This document shows positions 38,375-46,560 of a stretch of DNA of 64,000 nt, in pieces. Numbering within the stretch: the stretch's first letter is position 1; every line of letters begins with the position of its first letter. The notes under the pieces are model-generated. The model did no database searches and was not told where the DNA came from. It was given only the letters and a program-made list of their open reading frames with translations. The stretch covers positions 2,605,027 through 2,669,026 of the forward strand of contig OZ245044.1 in the NCBI GenBank assembly GCA_965224305.1, read 5' to 3'. This stretch comes from Dehalococcoidia bacterium. GTDB lineage: Bacteria > Chloroflexota > Dehalococcoidia > Lucifugimonadales > Lucifugimonadaceae. Made by a program: the position numbers and the translations under genes.

Positions 38375-38499
38375 ACCCGCCCGCCACGCTTCAGCGTCGC
38401 GTCCTGCGGATCGAGGGACACCCACTCGATCTCTACCGCATGCCGCACCATCGGAAACTGGACAGTTCTGGCTTCGGTCATGTTGAGTGGGGGCATGAT
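38375..38499 (-). pseudogene. Orphan 5' fragment of a second hsdR gene
   Basis: [34 protein letters not shown] compares with the hsdR N-terminus [34 protein letters not shown]. By hand alignment, 38402-38499 matches 37109-37206 with about 13 mismatches in 98 nt. The frame then degenerates. Confidence 0.75.
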
Positions 38500-38568
38500 T
38501 ATTCAACTCTCGTGCTTGCGAAGGTGTCCCATAGAGCAGTAGTTCACAACGTTTTATAGACGTGCTTC

Positions 38569-39201
38569 CTAGCTAATTGGAACCCCGATTGGATTGCTAC
38601 GTATGATCTTTAATCCGATTTCTGCCATCACAACTTTGACGAAACTAGATCGGCTATGGTCACCCGGTCCCAAAGCGATGCCTAGCAGGCATTGATGATT
38701 AGTTGACGAACGCTGGAAGATCACGGGAGCACCTTCGAACCCCGGGGCGAAAGAACCGTCGACATATGCGAAGCGACTAGAAGGCGTCGACAATGTAATA
38801 CACCCGCTTTACACGTGCGGGATGGTCGTTGCTGGGCTATTCTGATCTTCGTCTAATTTCAGCTCCGGCACCGCGATGCCAGCCGGAAAGCCTGCATAGT
38901 ACACGACCTGTCCCCAATCTACACCAATCGATGTCATTTCTAATGCCCGGTCGGGCTGGGCCAAGAGTTTGGACGCGGCCAAAACACATAGTCCATCATT
39001 GCTACCCACGAGGTTGACTTCCAAGACTTCCCATCCAAAACGATCTCCACCTGTGAAAATCTCGAGCTCTCCCTGGAATAGGTTCATCTCGTTTGATGTC
39101 AATAAATATTGCTTCAAATCAACATCTACGACGATACTCGTCGCTTCAGTCGAACCTTTTTTCAGCGGATGCGTTCGCTGAATTACTTGCCTTTGAATCA
39201 A
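38569..39201 (-). pseudogene. Trypsin-fold (S1-like) protein lacking catalytic His/Ser, interrupted by an in-frame TAA
   Basis: ORFs 38809..39201 and 38569..38793 share one frame and are separated by a single TAA (38809-38811). YLLTSNEMN stands for LTxAHV, DGLCVLAAS holds the Asp region, and GFEGAPVIF stands for GxSGxPV. Confidence 0.45.
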
Positions 39202-39267
39202 TGGTTTCCTCCTGTTTGACTTGTCAAGTGCACCTAAACGGACGACGCTTTGATGTCACAATGTTCA

Positions 39268-40545
39268 TTACTCAGCAGACTTATCGTTGTCTTTAATCAC
39301 ATCCGTGTCTAAATCCCCCACCCGTATCTCCCCTGTCATCAGCTTGTGCAGCAGCGCCTTGAACAACTCCTCCAGCACGGCTCGTTTCCGCTGGTGCAGG
39401 TCGATCTTGCGATCGATCTCGTTGAGGATGGCGACGATTCCCCACTGTTCGGTGTTATGCGGCCAGGGAATCATTAACTCTGCAAGGCGTGAGCTAGAGA
39501 GATTCGGGATAGTTGTTCGGTTGCCTGCACCCTCATAGACGTTACGATACTTGAAGCCTTCTTCGAGCCATGCCATCACGAAACACGGTTCGGTTCGGGA
39601 AGCATCGATTGGGCGCAGGCAATGAAGGTGATTCTGAAACAAGCATTCGTCTATCTCACCGTCCCATACCGCCGCACGACCTATCTCTCCACCTTCGCAG
39701 ACAAGTAAGTCGCCTCGTTGTAACAGCTTCTCAGGCAATGGGTCGGTGTATAGGCGCATTCGGCTGACGGTTTGCAGTTCGATGCGGCCCCAACGGACGT
39801 TTGATGTACGAAGAAACGGCATCCCCTGCCCGTCGGTTGAGAGGTTCCGCTTTAGGGAGAACCCTTGGGTAATCTTGAATTTATCTCCAATGGGCACCAC
39901 TTCCCAACTCTCCGGCATCGGCCCGATCTCCGTCTCCTTCTGCGCCTCGCCACGCAAGCCGCGCGTGAACAACGTTTGCATGGTGGCGCGTTTGAGGGCT
40001 TGTGTAATGGCAATGCCTTGGTCCTGGATTCTGATTGCGTCTCGTACCCTACTGAGCGTAGAACTGATCGCTTGTTGCTCGCCTAAGGGTGGCTGAGGCA
40101 CACGTAGAGCTGCCAGCCGACTGCGGGATATGTTTGGAATCGTGGTTTTGTTACCTGCGCCTTCGAATATCCCGAGTTGCGTGAAGGCGGATTGCAGGAA
40201 GAAAACATAGAATCGAGGCGCGACTTCTTCGACGATAGGACGCAAACGATGCAAGTGGTTCTGGAACGATATCGGTTCAACTTCGCCGTCCCATATCGCT
40301 GAACGTCCAATCTCGCCACCTTCGCAAACTAATAGGTCGCCTTTTCTCAATAGCTTGGCAGGTAGCTCGCGATCGGGGATCGACATCTCGTCAACAGAAG
40401 ACAGATCAATCCGGTCCCAGAGTACATTGGATGTCCGGAGGAACGGTGTCTTGCAAGTGCCGTTGCGCGCGGCAGCGGACATTGTCTTGCCCGAGCCGAT
40501 CTGGAACAGTTCCCCAAGGGGACGCCATGTCCATGATTCGTTCAT
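39268..40545 (-). CDS. hsdS: Type I restriction enzyme S subunit (two TRDs)
   Basis: Two TRD openings ([17 protein letters not shown] and [17 protein letters not shown]). Conserved spacers ([16 protein letters not shown] and [20 protein letters not shown]...[12 protein letters not shown]). 4-nt overlap with hsdM. Confidence 0.9.
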   Translation of the reverse strand: MNESWTWRPLGELFQIGSGKTMSAAARNGTCKTPFLRTSNVLWDRIDLSSVDEMSIPDRELPAKLLRKGDLLVCEGGEIGRSAIWDGEVEPISFQNHLHRLRPIVEEVAPRFYVFFLQSAFTQLGIFEGAGNKTTIPNISRSRLAALRVPQPPLGEQQAISSTLSRVRDAIRIQDQGIAITQALKRATMQTLFTRGLRGEAQKETEIGPMPESWEVVPIGDKFKITQGFSLKRNLSTDGQGMPFLRTSNVRWGRIELQTVSRMRLYTDPLPEKLLQRGDLLVCEGGEIGRAAVWDGEIDECLFQNHLHCLRPIDASRTEPCFVMAWLEEGFKYRNVYEGAGNRTTIPNLSSSRLAELMIPWPHNTEQWGIVAILNEIDRKIDLHQRKRAVLEELFKALLHKLMTGEIRVGDLDTDVIKDNDKSAE

Positions 40546-42380
40546 TGCAGGTGCACCAACATTTTCGCCAGTGACGCATCAATCTCCCGTGCTTCATCAT
40601 CGAGACGTCGCATTTCGGCGACGATCTCGGCGATCGGACGTTGAGCAACGGCGTCTACCTGCCCCACCCATCGGCTGGGACTGAGGTTGTAGTCGGCCTC
40701 CGCCACCTGCTCACGCGTGATGACAGCGACCTCCCCCTCAACCGGCTCGCCCTTCAAGAACGCCGCCGCCAAAGGTCGGATGTCTTCCTCCGGGATAAAG
40801 TTCTTGGGGCGTCCCTTCCGTACGCGGCGGCTGGCGTTGAGAAGTACGATTTTGCCCTTTCGCGCCGTCGGCTTGCGCTTCGACAGCACGATGATGATGC
40901 CTGCGGCACTGGTGTTGTAGAAGAGGTTGTCAGGCAACAGGATTACGCCGTCGATCAGATCGTTCTCAACGAACCATCTTCGGATGTTGCGCTCGCGGTC
41001 TTCATGCTTGGCACCGGAGCCGCGTGTCACCGCGCCCATGTCGAGCACTACCGCCGCGCGTCCGCGGTCGTTCATGCATGCGAGGGTGTGCTGGAGCCAT
41101 GCCCAGTCGCCCTTGCCGGTGGTGACGCCGCCAGTGGTGCGGAAGCGGTCGAAACTGTCGTTCTCGAAGATGTCCGGATTGAACGGCTGGTTCCACATCG
41201 GATTGGCGACGACGATGTCGTGGGGCTCGATGCCGCCCGTCCGTGTCTTGAACTTGGGATTGATCATCGTGTCGCCGCGCTCGACCTGCACCTCCATGTC
41301 GTGGATGATGGCGTTCATGTGAGCGACGGCGTAGCTGTCGGCCTCCAACTCCTGTCCGTAGAGCTTGAGAGGAATTCGGCTTATGGGATCGAGTTCGCGG
41401 GCGACGAGTTGCAGCTTGACCAGCAGTCCCGCCGAACCGCAGGCGTAGTCGTGGCAAGTCTCGCCCGGACGCGGGCGCATCAGGTGCGCCATGAGGAAGC
41501 CGACTTCAGTCGGGGTGAAGAACTCGCCCGCGCTCTGTCCGGACCCCTCTGCGAACTTGCGAAGCAGATACTCGTAGGCGCGGCCTAGGAAGTCGGGCTG
41601 CACGTCGGCGAGACCGAGCCGGTAGCGCGGATCGGAGAATGTTTCCACTACTTCGGCGAGTTTTGCTGGGTTTATGTCGCGCTCGCCGTTACGTTCTGCC
41701 GCGAAGTCCACGCGGTCGATAACGCCGGAGAGTGAGGGGTTGTAGCGAACGACCGCACGCACGGCAGTGGTCAGGTGTTCGCCAATGTCCTGCGGACGGG
41801 TACTCCGTCCAAGGGCGTCGAGCGGCCACTCGTAGGCTACGCGTCCGCTTACGACTCCCCATCGGGCCTCCTCGGGCAGATAGAACCGCAAAACCTCATG
41901 GTCTTGCTCTGCGATCTCCAGCGCTGTCTGGCGATCCCCATACTCTTCCGTCAACCGCTGGAGTTCGTCGTCGAAGACGTCCGAAAGACGCTTGAGGAAC
42001 AGTAGCGGCAACAGATAGTCTTTGAACTTCGCGGCGTCCTTTTCACCGCGTATCGAGCAAGCCGCGTCCCACAACATCTGCTCCATGGGCTTGGTAGATG
42101 GTGCATCAGATCGACGGCGACCTCGTCGCCGCGTCACGCTGGCCGCCGCCAACGCGGGTTCTGATGCGGCATCATCGAGATCGATATCAGCCTCAGATGC
42201 CAACGCGACAATTGCCTCGCGCGCCGCCTTCTGAGGCCGAGTCATGCCCCCCTCCCAACGGTTCACGGTAGCAAACGCAACCCCAAGCCGCTCTGCAAGT
42301 TGATCTTGTGTAAGATCGAGATTGGCGCGGAGTACGCGCAACGTGGCAGGCACATCCTGCAATTCTGTTATGTTTGCCAT
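40542..42380 (-). CDS. hsdM: Type I R-M methyltransferase subunit with N-terminal XRE-type HTH fusion
   Basis: Residues 1-60: [33 protein letters not shown] (HTH_3-like). These are followed by an HsdM N-domain ([32 protein letters not shown]), motif [11 protein letters not shown] and motif [13 protein letters not shown]. Confidence 0.9.
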   Translation of the reverse strand: MANITELQDVPATLRVLRANLDLTQDQLAERLGVAFATVNRWEGGMTRPQKAAREAIVALASEADIDLDDAASEPALAAASVTRRRGRRRSDAPSTKPMEQMLWDAACSIRGEKDAAKFKDYLLPLLFLKRLSDVFDDELQRLTEEYGDRQTALEIAEQDHEVLRFYLPEEARWGVVSGRVAYEWPLDALGRSTRPQDIGEHLTTAVRAVVRYNPSLSGVIDRVDFAAERNGERDINPAKLAEVVETFSDPRYRLGLADVQPDFLGRAYEYLLRKFAEGSGQSAGEFFTPTEVGFLMAHLMRPRPGETCHDYACGSAGLLVKLQLVARELDPISRIPLKLYGQELEADSYAVAHMNAIIHDMEVQVERGDTMINPKFKTRTGGIEPHDIVVANPMWNQPFNPDIFENDSFDRFRTTGGVTTGKGDWAWLQHTLACMNDRGRAAVVLDMGAVTRGSGAKHEDRERNIRRWFVENDLIDGVILLPDNLFYNTSAAGIIIVLSKRKPTARKGKIVLLNASRRVRKGRPKNFIPEEDIRPLAAAFLKGEPVEGEVAVITREQVAEADYNLSPSRWVGQVDAVAQRPIAEIVAEMRRLDDEAREIDASLAKMLVHLQ

Positions 42381-42401
42381 GTTTGCAAATATAACAGAAT
42401 T
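42361..42401 (-). promoter_or_regulatory. 41-bp near-perfect palindrome centred on the hsdM start codon (candidate operator or translational hairpin)
   Basis: Minus-strand AATTCTGTTATATTTGC-AAACATG-GCAAACATAACAGAATT. The arms are 17 nt with one mismatch, and the ATG sits in the 7-nt centre. Confidence 0.5.
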
Positions 42402-42425
42402 CTGTGTAGCCCGAGCGACTACTTC

Positions 42426-42998
42426 TCAAACTGACATCTCAAGAAAGTTCTGCAACAGATCCTTCCCCGGCCGCGTCAGTATCGATTCTGGGTGGAATTG
42501 CACGCCTTCGATTGGCATTTCATGGTGTCGCATTCCCATGATGACGCCGCTTTCGGCGGAGCGTGCGGTGACTTGGAAGCCGGGGGGTACTGCGTTGGGT
42601 TGGACGGCTAGGGAGTGGTAGCGGACGGCTTCGAAGGGGTTGGGGAGATTTTTGAAGACGCCTTTGCCGTCGTGCTCGATCATCGAGGTTTTGCCGTGTT
42701 TCAGTTCGCCGGCGTGGTCCACGATCCCGCCAAAGGCTTCGCCGATGGCTTGGTGGCCGAGGCATACGCCTAAGACGGGGATTTTTCCGGCGAAGTATTT
42801 GATGGCGTCGATGGATATGCCTGCGTTGCGGGGGTGAGAGGGGCCAGGGGAGACGACTAGTCGCTCGGGTTCCATGTCGGCGAGTTCTTCGACGGTGGCT
42901 TTGTCGTTGCGGATCACATCAACGTCAGCGCCTAGTTCCGATAGGTATTGGAACAGGTTGTAGGTGAAGCTGTCGTAGTTGTCGATTAAAAGGAGCAT
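42426..42998 (-). CDS. trpG: Anthranilate synthase component II (glutamine amidotransferase)
   Basis: MLLLIDNYDSFTYNLFQYL, catalytic LGVCLGHQAIGEAFGG and GVQFHPES. Confidence 0.9.
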   Translation of the reverse strand: MLLLIDNYDSFTYNLFQYLSELGADVDVIRNDKATVEELADMEPERLVVSPGPSHPRNAGISIDAIKYFAGKIPVLGVCLGHQAIGEAFGGIVDHAGELKHGKTSMIEHDGKGVFKNLPNPFEAVRYHSLAVQPNAVPPGFQVTARSAESGVIMGMRHHEMPIEGVQFHPESILTRPGKDLLQNFLEMSV

Positions 42999-43001
42999 GG
43001 T

Positions 43002-44588
43002 TCATGCCTCCATTACAGACTCGGCATGGTCGATGGCGTGCATCAGCGCGCCCATCTTGTGCAGGGTCTCTTCGTATTCGGTCTGGGGATCGGAGTCGGC
43101 TACTATGCCGCCGCCAGCTTGCAGGTAGGCGACGCCGTCGCGGAGGGTCATCGTGCGGAGCGAGATCGCGGTGTCCATGTTGCCGGAGTATGAGAAGTAG
43201 CCGACCGCACCTGAATACGGGCCTCGCTTTTCGGGTTCATACTCGGCGATTATCTCCATTGCACGGATCTTCGGCGCACCGGAGACGGTGCCGGCTGGGA
43301 ACCCTGCGCGCAACACATCGTAGACATCGTAGCCGTCGTCTAAGGTGCCCTCGACGTGGGAGACGATATGCATGATGTGCGAGTAGCGCTCGATTTCCAA
43401 CTGTTGCGTGACACGCACGGTGCCCGGCCGACTGATGCGCCCGACGTCGTTGCGCCCGAGGTCGAGGAGCATGACATGTTCGGCGATCTCCTTCTCATCG
43501 GCTAGGAGCTCTTCTGCCAACGCCTCGTCTTCTTCGGGAGTGCGGCCACGGGGCCGCGAACCTGCGATTGGGTGCACGGCCACTTCACCGTCTACCGATT
43601 TGACGAGCAACTCGGGCGAGGCGCCGATGATCTGGAATCCGTCGAGATCGAGATAGAACATGTACGGCGAAGGATTGATGGCTCGCAACGAGCGATAGAG
43701 GTCGAACGGCTCGACCGCAGTCCGACGAGTCAGCCGCTGCGACACCACCACTTGAATGATCTCGCCGTCATAGATCGCCGTTTTGCAAGCTTCTACCATC
43801 TGCCGATAGTTCTCCCGCGACATGTTGGGAATGTAACGATGTCCGATCGCCTCGTCAGACCCGTCCGTGTACCAACCGGCGGGCATTGACGCTGCAGACC
43901 CGATAAAGGAGTAGTCGATGTCAGCGTCGTCGGCACGCGATGTTGAATGGGCGGGCCTACCTGCGCGTCGCATCGCCGCATCGGGCAAGGGACCGGAGAG
44001 GCGATCGATGAGCACTTCGATACGTTGCACAGCACCGTCGTACGCGTTACTAGGATCCGTGTCCGCCGAAAACGCGGCATGAGCAACGACGATGATGCTG
44101 TGTCGAACGTGATCGAAAATCAGCATCGAGTCGGTGAGCATGAACACGGCTTCGGGAACACCCATCCCCGACTCCTCGTCGGCAATTTCGGGCACCCGTG
44201 GCTCGAAGTATTTGATGGCGTCGTAAGCGATGTAACCGACAGCGCCGCCGTCGAATTTCGGCAGTCCTTCGACCGAGGGATAGCGGATCGGTTCCAGTTT
44301 CTCTTTCAACACATTTAGCGGATCGACGTTACCGTTTGCCGTTCCCGATCCCGTCTTTATCACCTCATCTGGCTCGGTGCCCAGGAAAGAGTAACGAGCG
44401 ACATGCTCACCTCCCTCTACGCTTTCGAAGAGGAAGGAGTTCGAGCCGCGAGCGATCTTGATGAAGGCCGATACAGGCGTTTCGAGGTCGGCGGATATCT
44501 CTCGGTATACAGGTATGAGGTTGTAGCCTTCGTTCGCGAGGCGTTCGAAGGTTGGTAAGTCGGGCGTGTATGCGTATTGGTTCGTCAT
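43002..44588 (-). CDS. trpE: Anthranilate synthase component I
   Basis: SPYMFYLD, HPIAGSRPRG, FPAGTVSGAPKIRAMEII and GGGIVADSDP. Confidence 0.9.
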   Translation of the reverse strand: MTNQYAYTPDLPTFERLANEGYNLIPVYREISADLETPVSAFIKIARGSNSFLFESVEGGEHVARYSFLGTEPDEVIKTGSGTANGNVDPLNVLKEKLEPIRYPSVEGLPKFDGGAVGYIAYDAIKYFEPRVPEIADEESGMGVPEAVFMLTDSMLIFDHVRHSIIVVAHAAFSADTDPSNAYDGAVQRIEVLIDRLSGPLPDAAMRRAGRPAHSTSRADDADIDYSFIGSAASMPAGWYTDGSDEAIGHRYIPNMSRENYRQMVEACKTAIYDGEIIQVVVSQRLTRRTAVEPFDLYRSLRAINPSPYMFYLDLDGFQIIGASPELLVKSVDGEVAVHPIAGSRPRGRTPEEDEALAEELLADEKEIAEHVMLLDLGRNDVGRISRPGTVRVTQQLEIERYSHIMHIVSHVEGTLDDGYDVYDVLRAGFPAGTVSGAPKIRAMEIIAEYEPEKRGPYSGAVGYFSYSGNMDTAISLRTMTLRDGVAYLQAGGGIVADSDPQTEYEETLHKMGALMHAIDHAESVMEA

Positions 44589-44597
44589 TGTTCGTGT

Positions 44598-44636
44598 GCC
44601 CTCACCCTAACCCTCTCCCAAAATGGGGAGAGGGGA
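44598..44636. repeat. REP-like palindromic element, copy 1 (trpS-trpE spacer)
   Basis: gccctcaccc, then stem ccctctccc (44611-44619) / gggagaggg (44626-34). The same module occurs at 57286-57349. Confidence 0.7.
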
Positions 44637-44688
44637 TTACATCGTTGGATCGAAATGCGCCGAAACCGCAACAGAACAGCAGTTCCGG

Positions 44689-45759
44689 CTATGACCATGA
44701 CGATGTGTATGAACTGATGCGCATCGCGTCGCGGACGCGTTGCATGGTTTCCGCCGCGATGTTCCTACCTCTACGCACTCCGTCCATCAGTACGTCCTCG
44801 ACGTACGGCATGTCGTTCTTGTAGTGCTCGCGTCGCTCGCGGATTGGATCCAAGAAATCATTCAAGGCTTGGGCCAGCGCCCGTTTCACCTCGACATCGC
44901 CGACCTTGCCTTTTCGGTAGCGGTCTTTGAAGTCGTCGATCTGTGCGACATCCGGATTGAAGGCGTCGTGGTATTCGAAGACAGGGTTGCCTTCGACTCG
45001 GCCTGGGATGTCGGCCCGGATGCGATTGGGGTCGGTAAACATGCCACGGACCTTTTGGTTGACGGCATCAGCCGTGTCACTGAGCATGATGGCGTTGCCA
45101 CGGGATTTGCTCATTTTGGCGTTGCCGTCGGTGCCGACTAATCTGCCGACATCGCCAACGAGGGTGGCAGGTTCCGGGAACACCCGGTCGAACATTCGGT
45201 TGAATTTGCGGGCAACTTCACGGGTCATCTCGACGTGCGGTTCTTGGTCTTCTCCGACTGGCACGAGGTGGGCGCGAGGGAGCAGTATGTCTGCCACCTG
45301 GCTCATCGGGTAGTTATAGAAACCGACCGTTCTGCGTTCGACTGGCAGACTGTCGATCTCGGACTTCAGCGTCGGATTGCGTTCGAGCATTCCCAACGGC
45401 GTCACGAACGACAGGAGCATCGTGAGTTCCGCGTGTTCGGGCACGTAGCTTTGAACCACGAAAGACGACTTTTCGGGGTCAAGTCCAACTGCGAGCCAAT
45501 CCAGGGTGACATCGAGAACCGACTCGCGGATGAGGTCGATGTCGTGGAAATGGTCGCCTAAGGCTTGGTAGTCGGCGATGAGGAAGTAGCACTCGTAGGT
45601 GTTTTGGAGATCGAGCCAGTTCTTGAGGGCACCGACGTAATGACCGAGATGCAGCGCGCCGGTTGGGCGGATACCCGTAAGGATTCGGGGTTTGGCTCCG
45701 GGCGCGACATCGAAGTGTCTTTGCGTCTCAGATTTCGATTCGGATGCAGTTTGCGTCAT
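44689..45759 (-). CDS. trpS: Tryptophan--tRNA ligase
   Basis: ILTGIRPTGALHLGHYVG (HIGH-type) and GNAKMSKSRGN (KMSKS). Confidence 0.9.
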   Translation of the reverse strand: MTQTASESKSETQRHFDVAPGAKPRILTGIRPTGALHLGHYVGALKNWLDLQNTYECYFLIADYQALGDHFHDIDLIRESVLDVTLDWLAVGLDPEKSSFVVQSYVPEHAELTMLLSFVTPLGMLERNPTLKSEIDSLPVERRTVGFYNYPMSQVADILLPRAHLVPVGEDQEPHVEMTREVARKFNRMFDRVFPEPATLVGDVGRLVGTDGNAKMSKSRGNAIMLSDTADAVNQKVRGMFTDPNRIRADIPGRVEGNPVFEYHDAFNPDVAQIDDFKDRYRKGKVGDVEVKRALAQALNDFLDPIRERREHYKNDMPYVEDVLMDGVRRGRNIAAETMQRVRDAMRISSYTSSWS

Positions 45760-45794
45760 GACCTATGTTGGCTCCATCGGGACGGATGTTCGCC

Positions 45795-45843
45795 AACAAA
45801 CGAAAATCCCCATCCCACATGTTTTTGTTTTCATGGGACAGGG
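45795..45843 (-). terminator. T-box terminator hairpin
   Basis: CCCUGUCCCAU-GAAAACAAAAAC-AUGUGGGAUGGGG followed by AUUUUCGUUUG. Its 5' arm overlaps the 3' arm of the antiterminator. Confidence 0.7.
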
Positions 45844-46075
45844 ACGAGCGTGGCCCGCGGTGCCACCCTGTTTCGGCGCATGGCTTAGGTGCGCCGCAAC
45901 TCATTTCTGGATCTTTAACGTATCCAACACGTCTTCGGATACTCAGTCATCTGACCGTTCTCCGAAGCGGCTCCCGGGTCCAATTCAGTTTCGTTTCGCC
46001 ATGCCGGACTTTCAGCGGGTCGTACCGGCTCTCTTGGGATGGCGGAGGACGAACCTACTAATCCCGTTCGTTGCC
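45795..46075 (-). promoter_or_regulatory. T-box leader (tRNA-Trp responsive) upstream of trpS
   Basis: Minus-strand RNA contains AGAGAG in stem I and a candidate specifier GAAUUGGAC (UGG plus A). The T-box sequence AAACAGGGUGGCACCGCG (45856-45870) has a UGGC bulge. An antiterminator (ACAGGG..GCG-GGCCA-CGC..CCCUGU) is mutually exclusive with the downstream terminator. Confidence 0.8.
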
Positions 46076-46107
46076 TTTGTATCTAACTGTTACCTCCAAG
46101 CATACGT

Positions 46108-46512
46108 TCAGCACTCGAACCAGGGACCAACGAAGTAACAATCATAGTAGACGGCAACAACGCCCCATTCACGATCCGTATGGCTCACGCCGAACTCGTC
46201 AACCCACGTGACATAGATCCAACCGTCGATTTCGTATCTATCGCATACCCATTTCCTGCAAAGGTCTTGATGTTCTACATTTGATGTGCCACCGTCATCC
46301 GTTACCACACGTCCCTGCGCCTCGTCGACTGCAGCTTGAAAGGACAACGCGGGACCTTCTCGATCGGCGGCCTGTATTTCTCCGTTGATGACGATAGCCG
46401 TGAATATGACAAAAACGGCAACAGTCAAAGTTGCAAAAAACTTCCTTGCATGTCCGCGCCATGAACTCACGAAACTTCTCCTTGATTCAGACCTCCATAG
46501 TGTGCGCACCAC
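46108..46512 (-). CDS. Small membrane-anchored hypothetical protein
   Basis: 134-aa ORF with one N-terminal TM (FFATLTVAVFVIFTAIVI) and a Cys/Trp-rich ectodomain. The region is AT-richer than its neighbours. Confidence 0.45.
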   Translation of the reverse strand: MVRTLWRSESRRSFVSSWRGHARKFFATLTVAVFVIFTAIVINGEIQAADREGPALSFQAAVDEAQGRVVTDDGGTSNVEHQDLCRKWVCDRYEIDGWIYVTWVDEFGVSHTDREWGVVAVYYDCYFVGPWFEC

Positions 46513-46560
46513 CGTATCATAAGTTATTGCGAAAAATGATCACAGTAAAGGAAGTATTCC

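Noticed and set aside
38311-38496. 61-aa ORF as an intact small gene or a second functional hsdR
   Set aside because: Only the first ~40 codons match hsdR. After that the frame runs into unrelated sequence overlapping the toxin-like gene, and no helicase motifs follow.
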